From NCBI GenBank assembly GCA_965215015.1, contig OZ244042.1, positions 4,032,001 to 4,096,000 on the forward strand: DNA of 64,000 nucleotides, read 5' to 3'. A program made the translations under genes and the position numbers. The DNA is from Candidatus Poribacteria bacterium. Its GTDB lineage: Bacteria; Poribacteria; WGA-4E; PCPOR2b. This document shows, piece after piece, positions 49,363-59,503 of the stretch. The notes below the pieces were generated by a model that worked only from the letters and a program-made list of their open reading frames with translations, made no database searches and was not told the DNA's origin. Each line of letters begins with the position of its first letter. Within the stretch, counting starts at the first letter, position 1.

Positions 49363-49397
49363 GGCAGTTGAGCCATCAGAACCTTGGTTCAACTGCC
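49363..49397. terminator. Stem-loop downstream of the lipoprotein gene
   Basis: GGCAGTTGAGCCA...TGGTTCAACTGCC followed by a T-rich tract. Confidence 0.4.
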
Positions 49398-50094
49398 ATT
49401 GTTTATGTCCTATAGTCATAGGTATACGCCTTCTTCTCGCCGTTTACGGGGCCGGGTGTAAGGATTTTCCCCCCGTAACGAAGCCTCCATCTATCCCCCC
49501 GCAAGCAGGGGGAGGGGCGCGAGATCAAGTGTATCAGTCCTACACAATATTTAGATGCGATTACCCCATCTGTTGGCATTTGACAAATTGAACCCATCTC
49601 CGTTCCGAGAGTTTTCCATTAGTGTTTTGGGCAAGCACAAGGCCTGCTCTTACATTTAGGTGATTTTCTAAAATCGAAAATACCAAAAACATTGCGCTAT
49701 AGTGTTTTGTCAAAATATGAATATAGACTTACAGGAGCGTGGACCTTCTATAGTATGGTGTTGGGTTTCACAGTTCCCGTTCAATCCAATCTACACCACT
49801 GAGAATTGGGGCAGGCTTCCTCGCCTGACCTCAACCTAGCTTGATAAACAGAACACAATGCAAAACACCACACTGGAGAACTAAATAACTCTAAACTAAG
49901 ATATAAGAACGATTGAATGTGTAAGTAAATCGGTGTAAAATCCGCGACGGTTTTCCCACGCTTCAATGGGAACATGTTGTCATGGGTTCCGTCTCTTCAA
50001 ATAGACTGGGATTGTGTCTTTAGCACCGCAATATCGTAGGCGGCATATTCCTGCCCGACTTCTCAACTATAAACTTCGCAGCCGATTAAAAAAG

Positions 50095-50123
50095 TTGTTA
50101 AAACCAGGGGGTTGTGCTATAAT
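50095..50123 (+). promoter_or_regulatory. Putative sigma70 promoter with extended -10, copy 2
   Basis: TTGTTA-N17-TATAAT with TG. Confidence 0.55.
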
Positions 50124-50253
50124 CTCTTATCAATTATAGGAGTTACGCCCTTGATGGAATTGACGTTTCGGTGTCGAGATATGAATATAGACCGCCAAGG
50201 CTTCGAGGGTTCAACGGCGTAAGTCCTAAATTATTTGGAAGAGGGACAGGTTT

Positions 50254-50556
50254 TTGCAAAACAATCGAATCCACATCAATCCAACCGGCTGGGTAATTGG
50301 GATTTTTTATGCTCTGATGGCAATTGGGCTGGTTGGAGTGGCACATGAACATGAACACGACCACACTGTCCACTGTTCGACAGATTGTTCTGCTTGCTTC
50401 TTCAATATCAACCACGTTGGTGTTGAGCTTGATGTTGTTGAAATTACCAATCTTGATACCTGCCTCTCAATTCACCCCCCTTTCAGTTTCACTTTCATTT
50501 TCACGATACTTGACAACAGTATCCACAGTCGTGCCCCGCCAGTGTCCTCCGTTTAA
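50254..50556 (+). CDS. DUF2946-like leader peptide, copy 2
   Basis: HEHEHDHTVHC, CSAC and SRAPP motifs. Confidence 0.75.
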   Translation: MQNNRIHINPTGWVIGIFYALMAIGLVGVAHEHEHDHTVHCSTDCSACFFNINHVGVELDVVEITNLDTCLSIHPPFSFTFIFTILDNSIHSRAPPVSSV

Positions 50557-50826
50557 TCTCATCGCTTAACCCATATCTCTGTTTTTTTATCTAATCAATT
50601 TCTGCCTTTTTCTGGCTGATTTGACCTTGGTGATAGTCTGCCTATATTTCCTTAAGACTTACGCACTTTAGTAGGGCCCACGGATCGGTGTCCCCTACGA
50701 GTTCCTTCTGGCACCTGGTGCACTCTTTTCTGGTGTTGGCATTGAGCCTTCAACGGCGTCGGTCTTATTACTATTTCATTAGTCGTGATGCTGGGAAAAA
50801 CAATCTATCTATATTTGGAGGACATT

Positions 50827-53259
50827 ATGTTTACGCATTTCTTTAGATTCACGCTATTGCTATTCGCATTTGTTGTGTTGTTCGCTGCTTATGGCGAAGA
50901 TGATAATCCTGTTGCCGACGCGGACGGTGGTCATGCCGAGCATGCCGATGCTGACGGCTTTACCCTCAAGGTTGACGGGAGGGAGATCTACCGTCAGTTT
51001 CAAGGAACTCATGAGGGCAATATCACCCTTAAAGTTGAAGAGGTATTAGATGTTCTCGCTGCGTTCCTTGACCATGCCATTTTCTCGATTTATACTGTAG
51101 AAGGAACAGCCTTTGCCAGCAGCACCTCCATTTCCGGGCAGGTGATTGATGCTGAGTCGGGAACTTCCCTCGTGGATGTTCATGTATCCTTGTTACATAA
51201 AACAGAAAACATATCTTTATTCCGAACGGATAGAACTGGGCAGTTTCGGTTTGAAGATATTGTGTCGGGGACATATACACTTCGATTCGAGCGCGTTGGT
51301 TATGAACCGTTAGATCAAGAAATCGTTGTCGAAACAGATTCGAGGCCGCTGACAATCAAATTGAAACGCAACCCCCTCCAACTCGGAGAGGTTGTTGTGA
51401 CATCGGACGATGAGGAGCTCGCTCAGTTTGAGAAAACAACCGACCTGAACCTTTCAGCGCAGCAGCTTGATCAACAGATGGGAGCGACGATAGCCGAGAC
51501 GCTTAGCGGAGAGGTGGGGATTGCCCAGCGGACGATGGGGCGAGCGGCTGCGCGTCCGATTATTCGGGGCATGGGTGGTGATCGACTGCTTATCCTTGAA
51601 GATGGTGGACGCACCGGCGATAAATCAGCGTCCGCAGCAGATCACGCGGTTGCAATTGACCCCACCACCGCGACAAACATCGAGATTACGCGCGGCCCGG
51701 CGTCGCTAATTTATAGCTCAGGCACACTCGGTGGTGTCATCAATGTCAAGCGCGAGATCATCCCGCAAGCTCTTCCCAACCGTCCAACGATGAATCTCAC
51801 CTTTCAGGGTGAGTCGGTCAACTCAGGGTTGACTGGGACGACAGGGGTGACAATCCCAATCGGGGACCTGGCGTGGCGACTGGAGTTGAACCGTCGCCAC
51901 ACCGACGATACGCACACCCCTATCGGTATTTTAGAGAATACGTCGCTATCGCAAACCAATTTTGCGACTGGAATCTCAATGGTCAAGGATTGGGGGCACG
52001 TTGGGCTTTCAGGTAGTGATTACCGTTCAGACTACGGGATTCCCGGTTCGCCGGAAGGACACATCCAAGGCGTTACCATCAACCTTAGTCGCCAACGGTA
52101 TGAGGGCGATTTTGAGTATGGGTTTCAGCAGTCGTTTCTTGAGAAGCTGAAGCTACACTCGACCTATACGCGCTATCAGCATCAGGAGATTGAATCGAAC
52201 AACAGACTCGGTGTTGAGTTTGGTTTATTGACATACAATGCGTCCGCGTTGGCTTATTTGCATGGCGATGCAGTTATGGGAGTGTGGGGTGAGTATCGTG
52301 ACCATGCGACAGGCGGATTTTACTGGACGCCGCACACGCGGGAAATATCTTTGGCGGGTTTCTATCTCAAACAGAAGCACCTCAACGACGAATTAACGCT
52401 ACAAGGTGCAATTCGCTACGATATCAGACGGGTTGAACCGTTTGTGGAAGGTGCTGTCACGCGTGGGGGAGCGGTGGAGCAACGGGACTTCGGCGGTGTG
52501 TCGAGTGCCGTTTCGGGCATCTATCACTGGAACGACAATTTGGGGACCGGTGCTACCTTAATGAAGACGTTTCGCACCCCGGGGATTGAGGAACTCTTTT
52601 CAGATGGCCCACATCTGGCAACCTACTCCTATGAAATTGGTAATGCCAAACTCGGTTCAGAAGATGGCTTCGGGACAGAGGCGTTTGTGCGCTATTCGGC
52701 AAAGCGTATGAAACTGAATATCACCGTTTATCGCAACCAGATTTATAGTTACGTGATTCCGACAAACACAGGTGAAAAGGAATGGGGAAGCGGTGCGGCG
52801 GGATGGCTGTGGATATATCAATACAAAGGACAGAACACCCTGCTTGACGGTGCAGAATTTAGCGTTGATACCGAAATTATCCCTCGATTTCAGGCACAAG
52901 TGCGGATGAGTTATGCCAGAGGAACTTTGACAGATAGTGGATCCCCGCTTGAACGTATCCCACCGCTCAACGGAAAAGTGGCACTGCGATACGTTACGCA
53001 GCCGTTAAACCTTCATTTCACGGCGCGATTTTCAGATGATCAACACCGACTTGGCGAATTTGAAGAGGCGACCGACGGGTATATCGTCTATGATGCAGGT
53101 ATCCAATTAATGTTCCCCGTATGGCAACTTCAGCATCAAGCAGTTGTTACGGTCGAGAACATCTTCGATACCGAATACCGCCAACACCTTTCGAGAATCA
53201 AATTGGTGATGCCGGAGCCGGGCCGGAATATAAAGCTTTTATATCGACTGAATTTTTAG
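50827..53259 (+). CDS. TonB-dependent receptor (ZnuD-like metal uptake) with carboxypeptidase-regulatory-like N-domain and lipoprotein-derived N-terminus
   Basis: ISGQVIDAESG..TD..GQF, EVVVTS, RPIIRG.GGDR, SAADHAV, IEITRGPASLIY, ELFSDGPH..YEIGN, HLSR.K..PGRN motifs; C-terminal Phe. Confidence 0.9.
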   Translation: MFTHFFRFTLLLFAFVVLFAAYGEDDNPVADADGGHAEHADADGFTLKVDGREIYRQFQGTHEGNITLKVEEVLDVLAAFLDHAIFSIYTVEGTAFASSTSISGQVIDAESGTSLVDVHVSLLHKTENISLFRTDRTGQFRFEDIVSGTYTLRFERVGYEPLDQEIVVETDSRPLTIKLKRNPLQLGEVVVTSDDEELAQFEKTTDLNLSAQQLDQQMGATIAETLSGEVGIAQRTMGRAAARPIIRGMGGDRLLILEDGGRTGDKSASAADHAVAIDPTTATNIEITRGPASLIYSSGTLGGVINVKREIIPQALPNRPTMNLTFQGESVNSGLTGTTGVTIPIGDLAWRLELNRRHTDDTHTPIGILENTSLSQTNFATGISMVKDWGHVGLSGSDYRSDYGIPGSPEGHIQGVTINLSRQRYEGDFEYGFQQSFLEKLKLHSTYTRYQHQEIESNNRLGVEFGLLTYNASALAYLHGDAVMGVWGEYRDHATGGFYWTPHTREISLAGFYLKQKHLNDELTLQGAIRYDIRRVEPFVEGAVTRGGAVEQRDFGGVSSAVSGIYHWNDNLGTGATLMKTFRTPGIEELFSDGPHLATYSYEIGNAKLGSEDGFGTEAFVRYSAKRMKLNITVYRNQIYSYVIPTNTGEKEWGSGAAGWLWIYQYKGQNTLLDGAEFSVDTEIIPRFQAQVRMSYARGTLTDSGSPLERIPPLNGKVALRYVTQPLNLHFTARFSDDQHRLGEFEEATDGYIVYDAGIQLMFPVWQLQHQAVVTVENIFDTEYRQHLSRIKLVMPEPGRNIKLLYRLNF

Positions 53260-53373
53260 ATTCGCTGCTTGGCTGGATTAGGGAGTAAGTATTTATATCG
53301 AGATATGAATCTTGACCTACGGGAATAGATGACAACCTGAGTGATTAGTAGTGAAAGCTGGGAAAACGTCGGA

Positions 53374-53817
53374 TCAGTCAACGCGGAAATTCTGTTCCAC
53401 ACCGTTGACGATGACTTTATAATCTCCCGTCGGGAGTGTCCCAATAAAAACCTGCTCTTGGTACTCTGTTATGACCGCCGCGCAAGCAATCTCTTTCGGA
53501 CGTATGGTTGTGGTCTGGATGGTGATAGTGTTTCCTTCCTGTGCTTGATGTGTCTCATGGGGTGCGGTACAACTATCTGGTAGATACCCGGTCACCTCAA
53601 CGCTAACTTGAAGGGGTTGGCTTTCCGCAAGCAGCACTTCTATCTGTACGATAGGCATATCTGCAATGATCGACTGATTATCGCCGACATCACTATCTGT
53701 GCTCGATGGCTCACCGATGTCCCTGAGAATATCATCAATGAGGTTTGTGCAACTGATACAACATATAGCACTGATGATTGTGGCGAACTGTGCCATACGA
53801 CGGGCTAATTTCTTCAT
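53374..53817 (-). CDS. Hypothetical lipoprotein
   Basis: Lipobox-like CISC; GYLPDSC..CAAV..GDYKVIVNG; AAGGAG RBS overlapping the upstream stop. Confidence 0.65.
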   Translation of the reverse strand: MKKLARRMAQFATIISAICCISCTNLIDDILRDIGEPSSTDSDVGDNQSIIADMPIVQIEVLLAESQPLQVSVEVTGYLPDSCTAPHETHQAQEGNTITIQTTTIRPKEIACAAVITEYQEQVFIGTLPTGDYKVIVNGVEQNFRVD

Positions 53818-53826
53818 AATAACTCC

Positions 53827-55776
53827 TTAACCGAAGTAAAAGGTGTACGTAGGTCTTTTAAGGAAGATGCCTACCAGACTCCAAAAACTCCCCAAGACAA
53901 AATCGCCCAGTGCCAACCCGAGAAACAGTGGGATGGCTCTCCGATAAAGCCCTATCCCCCCGTACTTCAGCAGGCTCCATTTGGCGACGCCACTGATGAT
54001 GAACGGTGCCCAAAACATAAACATGTGGGATGATAACGAAATGCCGTAGCCCAGTGGATGGATGGGCCACCAGAAAAACCGGGCGCGAACGATTCCCAGT
54101 ATCAGCGTAAAACAGAACCCGAAGCTCATTGCCGCAATATGTCCATTCTGTGGATCGCGCGGGGTAGTCAGCCAACCATGAAGAAAGCGATAGGCCCGTC
54201 CTCCAAAGCTGTTGATCTGCCCACCTATGTTACCGGTGTCTACACCGAGCCTGAAAAAGGTCTCCAGCAACATCAGGAGACACATTGGCATTGCAACTAT
54301 AAGTATCAGAAGCATCCAACGGGATAACCCTTTGACATCAAGGTGTCCCCGTTCAGAGAGCTTGAACGCTTCCAATTGATGCGGCATTGGGTGGCTGCGG
54401 TTGTCCCGATTGAACCAGAAAAAGAGCGAGAACCATGTCAGGTTTTGTGCGCCGATTTGCCGAGTGCCTAGCAGACTAACCAGACTATGGTGGGGTCCGA
54501 TGAATGTGGTCGAATGGATTGGAAAACCGATTTGTGCGCGGAGGCGTGTGAGAGGAATTGCAATCGTCGCAAAATGTGCGGCGAAAAATAGCACAGCAAT
54601 CTTGAATCCCATCCCTCCTCGCATCCCAAACCCGACAAGGAAAAGCCCTCCCAACAACACCCCCAAAAAAGCGGTTCGATATCGCATGGGTTCATCCGCA
54701 TCTTCTTCTTTTCGGTGTGGTCTGATGGCAGCTTTCAAAGCCCGCCAAATTTGTCGGCGTGTCGCCCATAGCGCAATCACACATATTCCCGTATATGCTC
54801 CGGTTTGCTGCTCATAAGGGTAAGGGAAGCCGGGTATCTGTTCCATGCCTGTTACGCTTGCAAAGAAAAACTGCATCTTGTAGAAGAAAAAAAAGAGGAG
54901 ACACGACATTAACAAGTCCATCGGCATAAGAAAGAAAAGCCCCACGGCAAAGGGATATATGACAATGGTGCTTCCGCCGCGCAGCAAGGCGTTCCACGGT
55001 TTTTCGGTGAACAATGGAGCTAAGGAGATGGTCTTGGTCGGGATTGCCGGGATAATCGGGAACAGGACGTGCAGCCCGTTGATAAGGCTAATCCCCCCCG
55101 CGATGGCAAATCCCCACCACATGACCTGACTGCGGAAGAAGCTGTTGGCGTTGTAGGCAATCTGGTAAGGGAGTTCGACGACTGGATAGGTGAGTCGCTC
55201 CTGTTCCACCCACGCTTTTCTGATGATGACGTTGATACACTGCGTAACAAAGAGCAAGACGAACGCGAAAGAACACCACCAAAATATGGGCTTCAGCCAA
55301 ACCAGGAAATATTGGGGCTCGAAAAAGGGTTTATCCCCCCGATAAAAGGCACGTCCTATCTCCGGATTGCTGATTGTTAACCAGTCGGGGAGGTAATGGA
55401 AGAAGAGATCGCGCCACTCATTTTCTGGGGTAGCGAAGTAGAAGGCGTGCACGACAATAGAGACCAAGGGGAGGAACATGTCGTAGGACATGAAGATCAG
55501 TGACATCGACATCAAAACGTAAAGGGTGATTAATTCTCCGCCAGTCAGGGCATGTTTGGGGTAAAATTTTTTCACGAGTAGGTTGGATGATGCCAATACC
55601 AGCAAGGCAAGAACGACAGTATAAAGTGGTGCCATCAGGGTTGGAGGTGGACCAAAGGAAGGAAGGGCTTCACACTCGATATGCCACCAATAGAAAACGG
55701 GCAGGAGGAGCAGCGTAATCAGAATGGGCCGCCAGCTAATAGGTTCGGGGTGAGTCGCGGAAAATTGAGTTTGCAT
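53827..55776 (-). CDS. DUF6785/DUF6784-type multi-pass membrane protein (putative peptide transporter)
   Basis: ELITLY, ATPENEW, WVEQERLTYP, PMPHQLEAFK, WWPIHPLGY, LKYGG..YR and GLALGDF motifs; many TM helices. Confidence 0.7.
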   Translation of the reverse strand: MQTQFSATHPEPISWRPILITLLLLPVFYWWHIECEALPSFGPPPTLMAPLYTVVLALLVLASSNLLVKKFYPKHALTGGELITLYVLMSMSLIFMSYDMFLPLVSIVVHAFYFATPENEWRDLFFHYLPDWLTISNPEIGRAFYRGDKPFFEPQYFLVWLKPIFWWCSFAFVLLFVTQCINVIIRKAWVEQERLTYPVVELPYQIAYNANSFFRSQVMWWGFAIAGGISLINGLHVLFPIIPAIPTKTISLAPLFTEKPWNALLRGGSTIVIYPFAVGLFFLMPMDLLMSCLLFFFFYKMQFFFASVTGMEQIPGFPYPYEQQTGAYTGICVIALWATRRQIWRALKAAIRPHRKEEDADEPMRYRTAFLGVLLGGLFLVGFGMRGGMGFKIAVLFFAAHFATIAIPLTRLRAQIGFPIHSTTFIGPHHSLVSLLGTRQIGAQNLTWFSLFFWFNRDNRSHPMPHQLEAFKLSERGHLDVKGLSRWMLLILIVAMPMCLLMLLETFFRLGVDTGNIGGQINSFGGRAYRFLHGWLTTPRDPQNGHIAAMSFGFCFTLILGIVRARFFWWPIHPLGYGISLSSHMFMFWAPFIISGVAKWSLLKYGGIGLYRRAIPLFLGLALGDFVLGSFWSLVGIFLKRPTYTFYFG

Positions 55777-56114
55777 TATTGGAATCCTGTCGAAGGATTG
55801 CGGGTGCTGCCCATTGAGAAGGTTACACAACTTCGGCTTGAGTCAATTATTATAGAATGTCTCCTGTTTTTTGTCAAACAGATTCAATAGGGCTTACGCG
55901 CTTCAGTTCTACAAGTAACTGTAAATAGAGGCGTAGGTTTTCGCAGAAAAAAAACGAGGGGAAGCTGGAAAAGATTGATAGCGGTCCCATTTGTGGTGAG
56001 ATTGACGCGGCGTTGGAGGTATGGTATAATAAATGTAATGTCACGCAAAACCAACACAGTGGATTTTAACCTTATTTTGGATGCAAGAGCGATTACTAAA
56101 ATGGAGGATGCAAA

Positions 56115-57509
56115 ATGAAGAAACATCAAGTCCTTTTTGTCTCCCTATCCCTGATTGGACTGATAATCATTAGGGGGGCATGGGCACTGCAACCACCACG
56201 AGCTATCGGAGAAAATTGGCCACAATGGCGGGGGCCCTACCAAACCGGCGTTAGCGATGCCGAGAACCTGCCCACCACCTGGAGTGGATCGGAAAACATT
56301 GTCTGGAAGACGCCGCTACCCGCATGGAGCGGCGGTACGCCCATCGTCTGGAACGATAAAATCTTCCTTACCTCGCCAACGAAAGTCACCGGTGAATCCA
56401 CAACGCCGCCCCCGGAACAACGGCGCGAGCGAAGAGGACGACGTGGGCGTCGGGGCGGAGGCGGACGCTCCCCCGGCGGCGATGAACTGCTGCTCATCTG
56501 TATATCTAGGACGAACGGGGACCTCCTCTGGCAACGCGAACTTGACACAGGAAATCAACTACACCGCAAAGGAAACGATTCATCGCCTTCGCCGGTGACA
56601 GACGGGGAGCATGTCTGGGTCGTTACTGGTACAGGTGTTGTGGCTGCCTTCAATATGGAAGGAAAGGAGATTTGGAAGCGGAACCTTCAGGATGATTACG
56701 GCAGGTTTGGTCTTAATTGGGGGTATGCCTCCTCCCCGTTGCTTCACAAGGGAACGCTCATTATTGAAGTGCTTCACGGGTACAGGACGGACGATCCATC
56801 CTATATCGTCGCCTTTAATGCCACCACCGGCGCGGAGGTGTGGAGACAGGAACGACCGACCGACGCTTTCGCTGAGTCGCCCGACGCCTACACAACGCCC
56901 GCACTGCTTGAACATAACGGGGTCACTCAGATTGTGATTTCAGGTGGGGACTATGTCACTGGTCATAGTCCGGAGACCGGCAAAGAGATTTGGCGTTCTG
57001 GTGGGTTGAATCCGTATCAGGAAGGTAATTATCGGGTTGTCGGATCACCACTCGTAGTGGAGGGGATCATCTACGCACCAACTCGAAAGAAGCCGTTGTT
57101 AGCCCTGCGTGCGGGCGGCACCGGAGATATAACGGACAGCCATCTGCTCTGGAAATGGGAGGGTGCCGGTGCCCCGGATGTTCCGACACCCGTCTGTGAT
57201 GGAACCTATTTTTATATGGTGGACGACAGAGGCTTGGCGACCTGTCTTGATGCAAAAACAGGTGAGGTAGTCTGGGGCCCGGAGCGTACCGGACAGGGAA
57301 CGGTGAGTGGTTCACCGATTCTTGCAGATGGTAAGCTCTATATCACCAACGAGTACGCGGTGACAACAGTTATTGCTGCCGGTCCAACGTTCAAAATCTT
57401 GGCGACCAATGAACTGGATGGCAGTTATACTTTGTCCTCCCCTGCTGCTTCCGGTTCCCAGCTCTTCATACGGACCGGGGCGCATCTGTACTGTATTGGG
57501 GCGGAATAG
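56115..57509 (+). CDS. PQQ-binding-like (BamB-type) beta-propeller secreted protein
   Basis: NWPQWRGP, WKTPLP, SPSPVTDG, YASSPLL, YTTPA, SPILADGKLY and LFIRT..LYCIG motifs. Confidence 0.9.
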   Translation: MKKHQVLFVSLSLIGLIIIRGAWALQPPRAIGENWPQWRGPYQTGVSDAENLPTTWSGSENIVWKTPLPAWSGGTPIVWNDKIFLTSPTKVTGESTTPPPEQRRERRGRRGRRGGGGRSPGGDELLLICISRTNGDLLWQRELDTGNQLHRKGNDSSPSPVTDGEHVWVVTGTGVVAAFNMEGKEIWKRNLQDDYGRFGLNWGYASSPLLHKGTLIIEVLHGYRTDDPSYIVAFNATTGAEVWRQERPTDAFAESPDAYTTPALLEHNGVTQIVISGGDYVTGHSPETGKEIWRSGGLNPYQEGNYRVVGSPLVVEGIIYAPTRKKPLLALRAGGTGDITDSHLLWKWEGAGAPDVPTPVCDGTYFYMVDDRGLATCLDAKTGEVVWGPERTGQGTVSGSPILADGKLYITNEYAVTTVIAAGPTFKILATNELDGSYTLSSPAASGSQLFIRTGAHLYCIGAE

Positions 57510-57595
57510 TACCGCTAGTGGGTACGTGCGGAATTTAGAGCATCCGGCAGCAATGCCCCTCTTAGGGGTGATGCTGCATCAGTTGTCGAGTGGCA

Positions 57596-58471
57596 TTACG
57601 GATAAATCAGATAGCCCTTGCGCTCCGTCCGGGTGCAATAGAGGCAGCCTCCCGCAGTCACATAGAGCGTTTGCAGGTCAGAATCTCCAAAGGTGCAGTT
57701 GGTCGGACGGTCTGTCGGGAGCGGATGTGTTTCTAGCACACGCCCGTTCGGCGCAAAGACATAGATCATGGGCCCCGGGCCGCTCTGCTCCCAACCCGCA
57801 GTCGCAACGATATTCCCCTCCGTATCGAGACACATGCCATCAATGCCCCGATGTGGAAAGAAGTTGTGCAGCACCTCACATTCCCCAACCGTTCCATCGG
57901 CGGCGATCGGATACCGGCGTAGTTCCCGCTTCTTGTCGTCGCCGTAGTGGCTTTGGGCAACATAGAGCCACCTTCCATCAGCCGAAATCAGGAGTCCATT
58001 CGGCTTCGTTGTGTCATACGTGATTCGGTTGATTTCCCATGTGTTATCTGATTGTGGATCTAGCCGGAATACAGATTCGTGCCCAAGTTCCATATCATCA
58101 AATATTTCGCCGTAACGCGGGTCGGTAAACCAGATCCGTCCCTGTGCATCGAAAGCCAGGTCATTCGGGCTGTTGAGGCGTTTTCCTTCATAATGCTCCA
58201 CGAGCACATCAGTTGTACCGTCTGCATTGTAACGCACCATCCGCCTGCCTTCGCTTCCACCTTCGCAGGCGTACAGGTATCCTGCTTTATCAAACATCAG
58301 ACCGTTTGCTTCATTCGTCCCTGTGCGAAACTCCGTACATTCGCCGCTGCTCGGATTATAACGCATGATACGGTTGTTCGGAATATCAGTAAATAACACC
58401 ACTTCCCCATCCCATGCGGGTCCTTCTGTAAAATCAAATGGGCCCGCGACCAATTCAAAATCCCAACTCAT
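57596..58471 (-). CDS. SMP-30/gluconolactonase/LRE family protein
   Basis: FTEGPAW, LFTDIP, NGL, LNSPNDL, WFTDP, PNGL, DGMCLD and PTNCTFG motifs. Confidence 0.92.
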   Translation of the reverse strand: MSWDFELVAGPFDFTEGPAWDGEVVLFTDIPNNRIMRYNPSSGECTEFRTGTNEANGLMFDKAGYLYACEGGSEGRRMVRYNADGTTDVLVEHYEGKRLNSPNDLAFDAQGRIWFTDPRYGEIFDDMELGHESVFRLDPQSDNTWEINRITYDTTKPNGLLISADGRWLYVAQSHYGDDKKRELRRYPIAADGTVGECEVLHNFFPHRGIDGMCLDTEGNIVATAGWEQSGPGPMIYVFAPNGRVLETHPLPTDRPTNCTFGDSDLQTLYVTAGGCLYCTRTERKGYLIYP

Positions 58472-58829
58472 AGTTTACCTCCTAAAAAAATAATGTAGTG
58501 TACAACAGCTTTTATAACACGGATTCGCAATCTAAGTCAAGCGGAGAGCTCACCGCTTTTTTGTTGGCAAGTGCACGGATTTCGGTTATAATAATTTAGT
58601 TGTAATTGTTGGGTTTCACTCTCGCTATCTGTAAGAATATAGTGTTGGGGGGCAGAAACTTTACTGTCTGCAATAGCGAGGCATTTTCAAGCGTTCAACC
58701 CAACCTACGATACCTGTATTCTCGATGCCCGGTAGTATGCACGTTCCACCATGCCGTAATTTGCACAAAGGCTATGGCATACGGCGTATGCCTACTACTA
58801 TACGGGCGATTTTTAGGAGGAATATCAAG

Positions 58830-59243
58830 ATGGCATTTCTGAGACATGTCGCATTACGAGTCAAAGACAAGGAAGAGACACGCCGATTTTATGAGATGAT
58901 CGGGTTCAAATTTGTGGGGTATCGCGGTCCAGATAACATCAGCAGCATCGATCTTACCGATGGAACGCTCAACATGACAATCCTCCAGTACGATGGCAAA
59001 GAACGTCAACCCTTGGAGGAGCTCACCGAGTTTATGCACATTGGGGTTATTGTGGAAGATTTGGGGGACATCTATAAAAAACTCCTAGATGGTGGGGCTA
59101 ACCTATTGCGTGATGATGTCAAACAGCGCAATGAGATTGATTGGGAAAAACCGCCGACCCGATCTTTCAAGGTCTCTGATCCGGATGGCAATGTGATTGA
59201 CATCACGTGTGCAAAGGATGAATGGCGTGGGGTTACGATTTGA
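58830..59243 (+). CDS. VOC/glyoxalase family protein
   Basis: LRHVALRV, FMHIGVIVED and DPDGNVIDI motifs; AGGAGG RBS before ATG 58830. Confidence 0.88.
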   Translation: MAFLRHVALRVKDKEETRRFYEMIGFKFVGYRGPDNISSIDLTDGTLNMTILQYDGKERQPLEELTEFMHIGVIVEDLGDIYKKLLDGGANLLRDDVKQRNEIDWEKPPTRSFKVSDPDGNVIDITCAKDEWRGVTI

Positions 59244-59503
59244 TTCTGTAGGTGAAACGTAAAAATCATTAGTTGATTGGTGCAGTCGGGCTAGGAAGTC
59301 CAACCTATGAGCTATGAGGTCAATCAAAAAAAGGTCCAAAACGCTAATAGAACCCGAGTTTTCCGAAAAAACTCGGGTTCTGTTGCACGATTTCTTAATC
59401 TGAACCATCAATTTTAACGACAACCTGATGGATTTTCAACGGCTAGAAACTTGGATTAATGTAATAAAATGAACCAGCCAGAAAGGGCAGGTAGGAGATA
59501 TCG

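Larger units (their letters stand above)
50033..51076 (+). repeat. Direct segmental duplication, copy 2
   Basis: Matches 47748-48920; homology stops at CTTGACCATG inside the CDS. Confidence 0.95.

Noticed and set aside
58540-58562. Intrinsic terminator AGCGGAGAGCTCACCGCTTTTTT
   Set aside because: It lies between divergent genes with no upstream + strand gene, so no transcript can be assigned.
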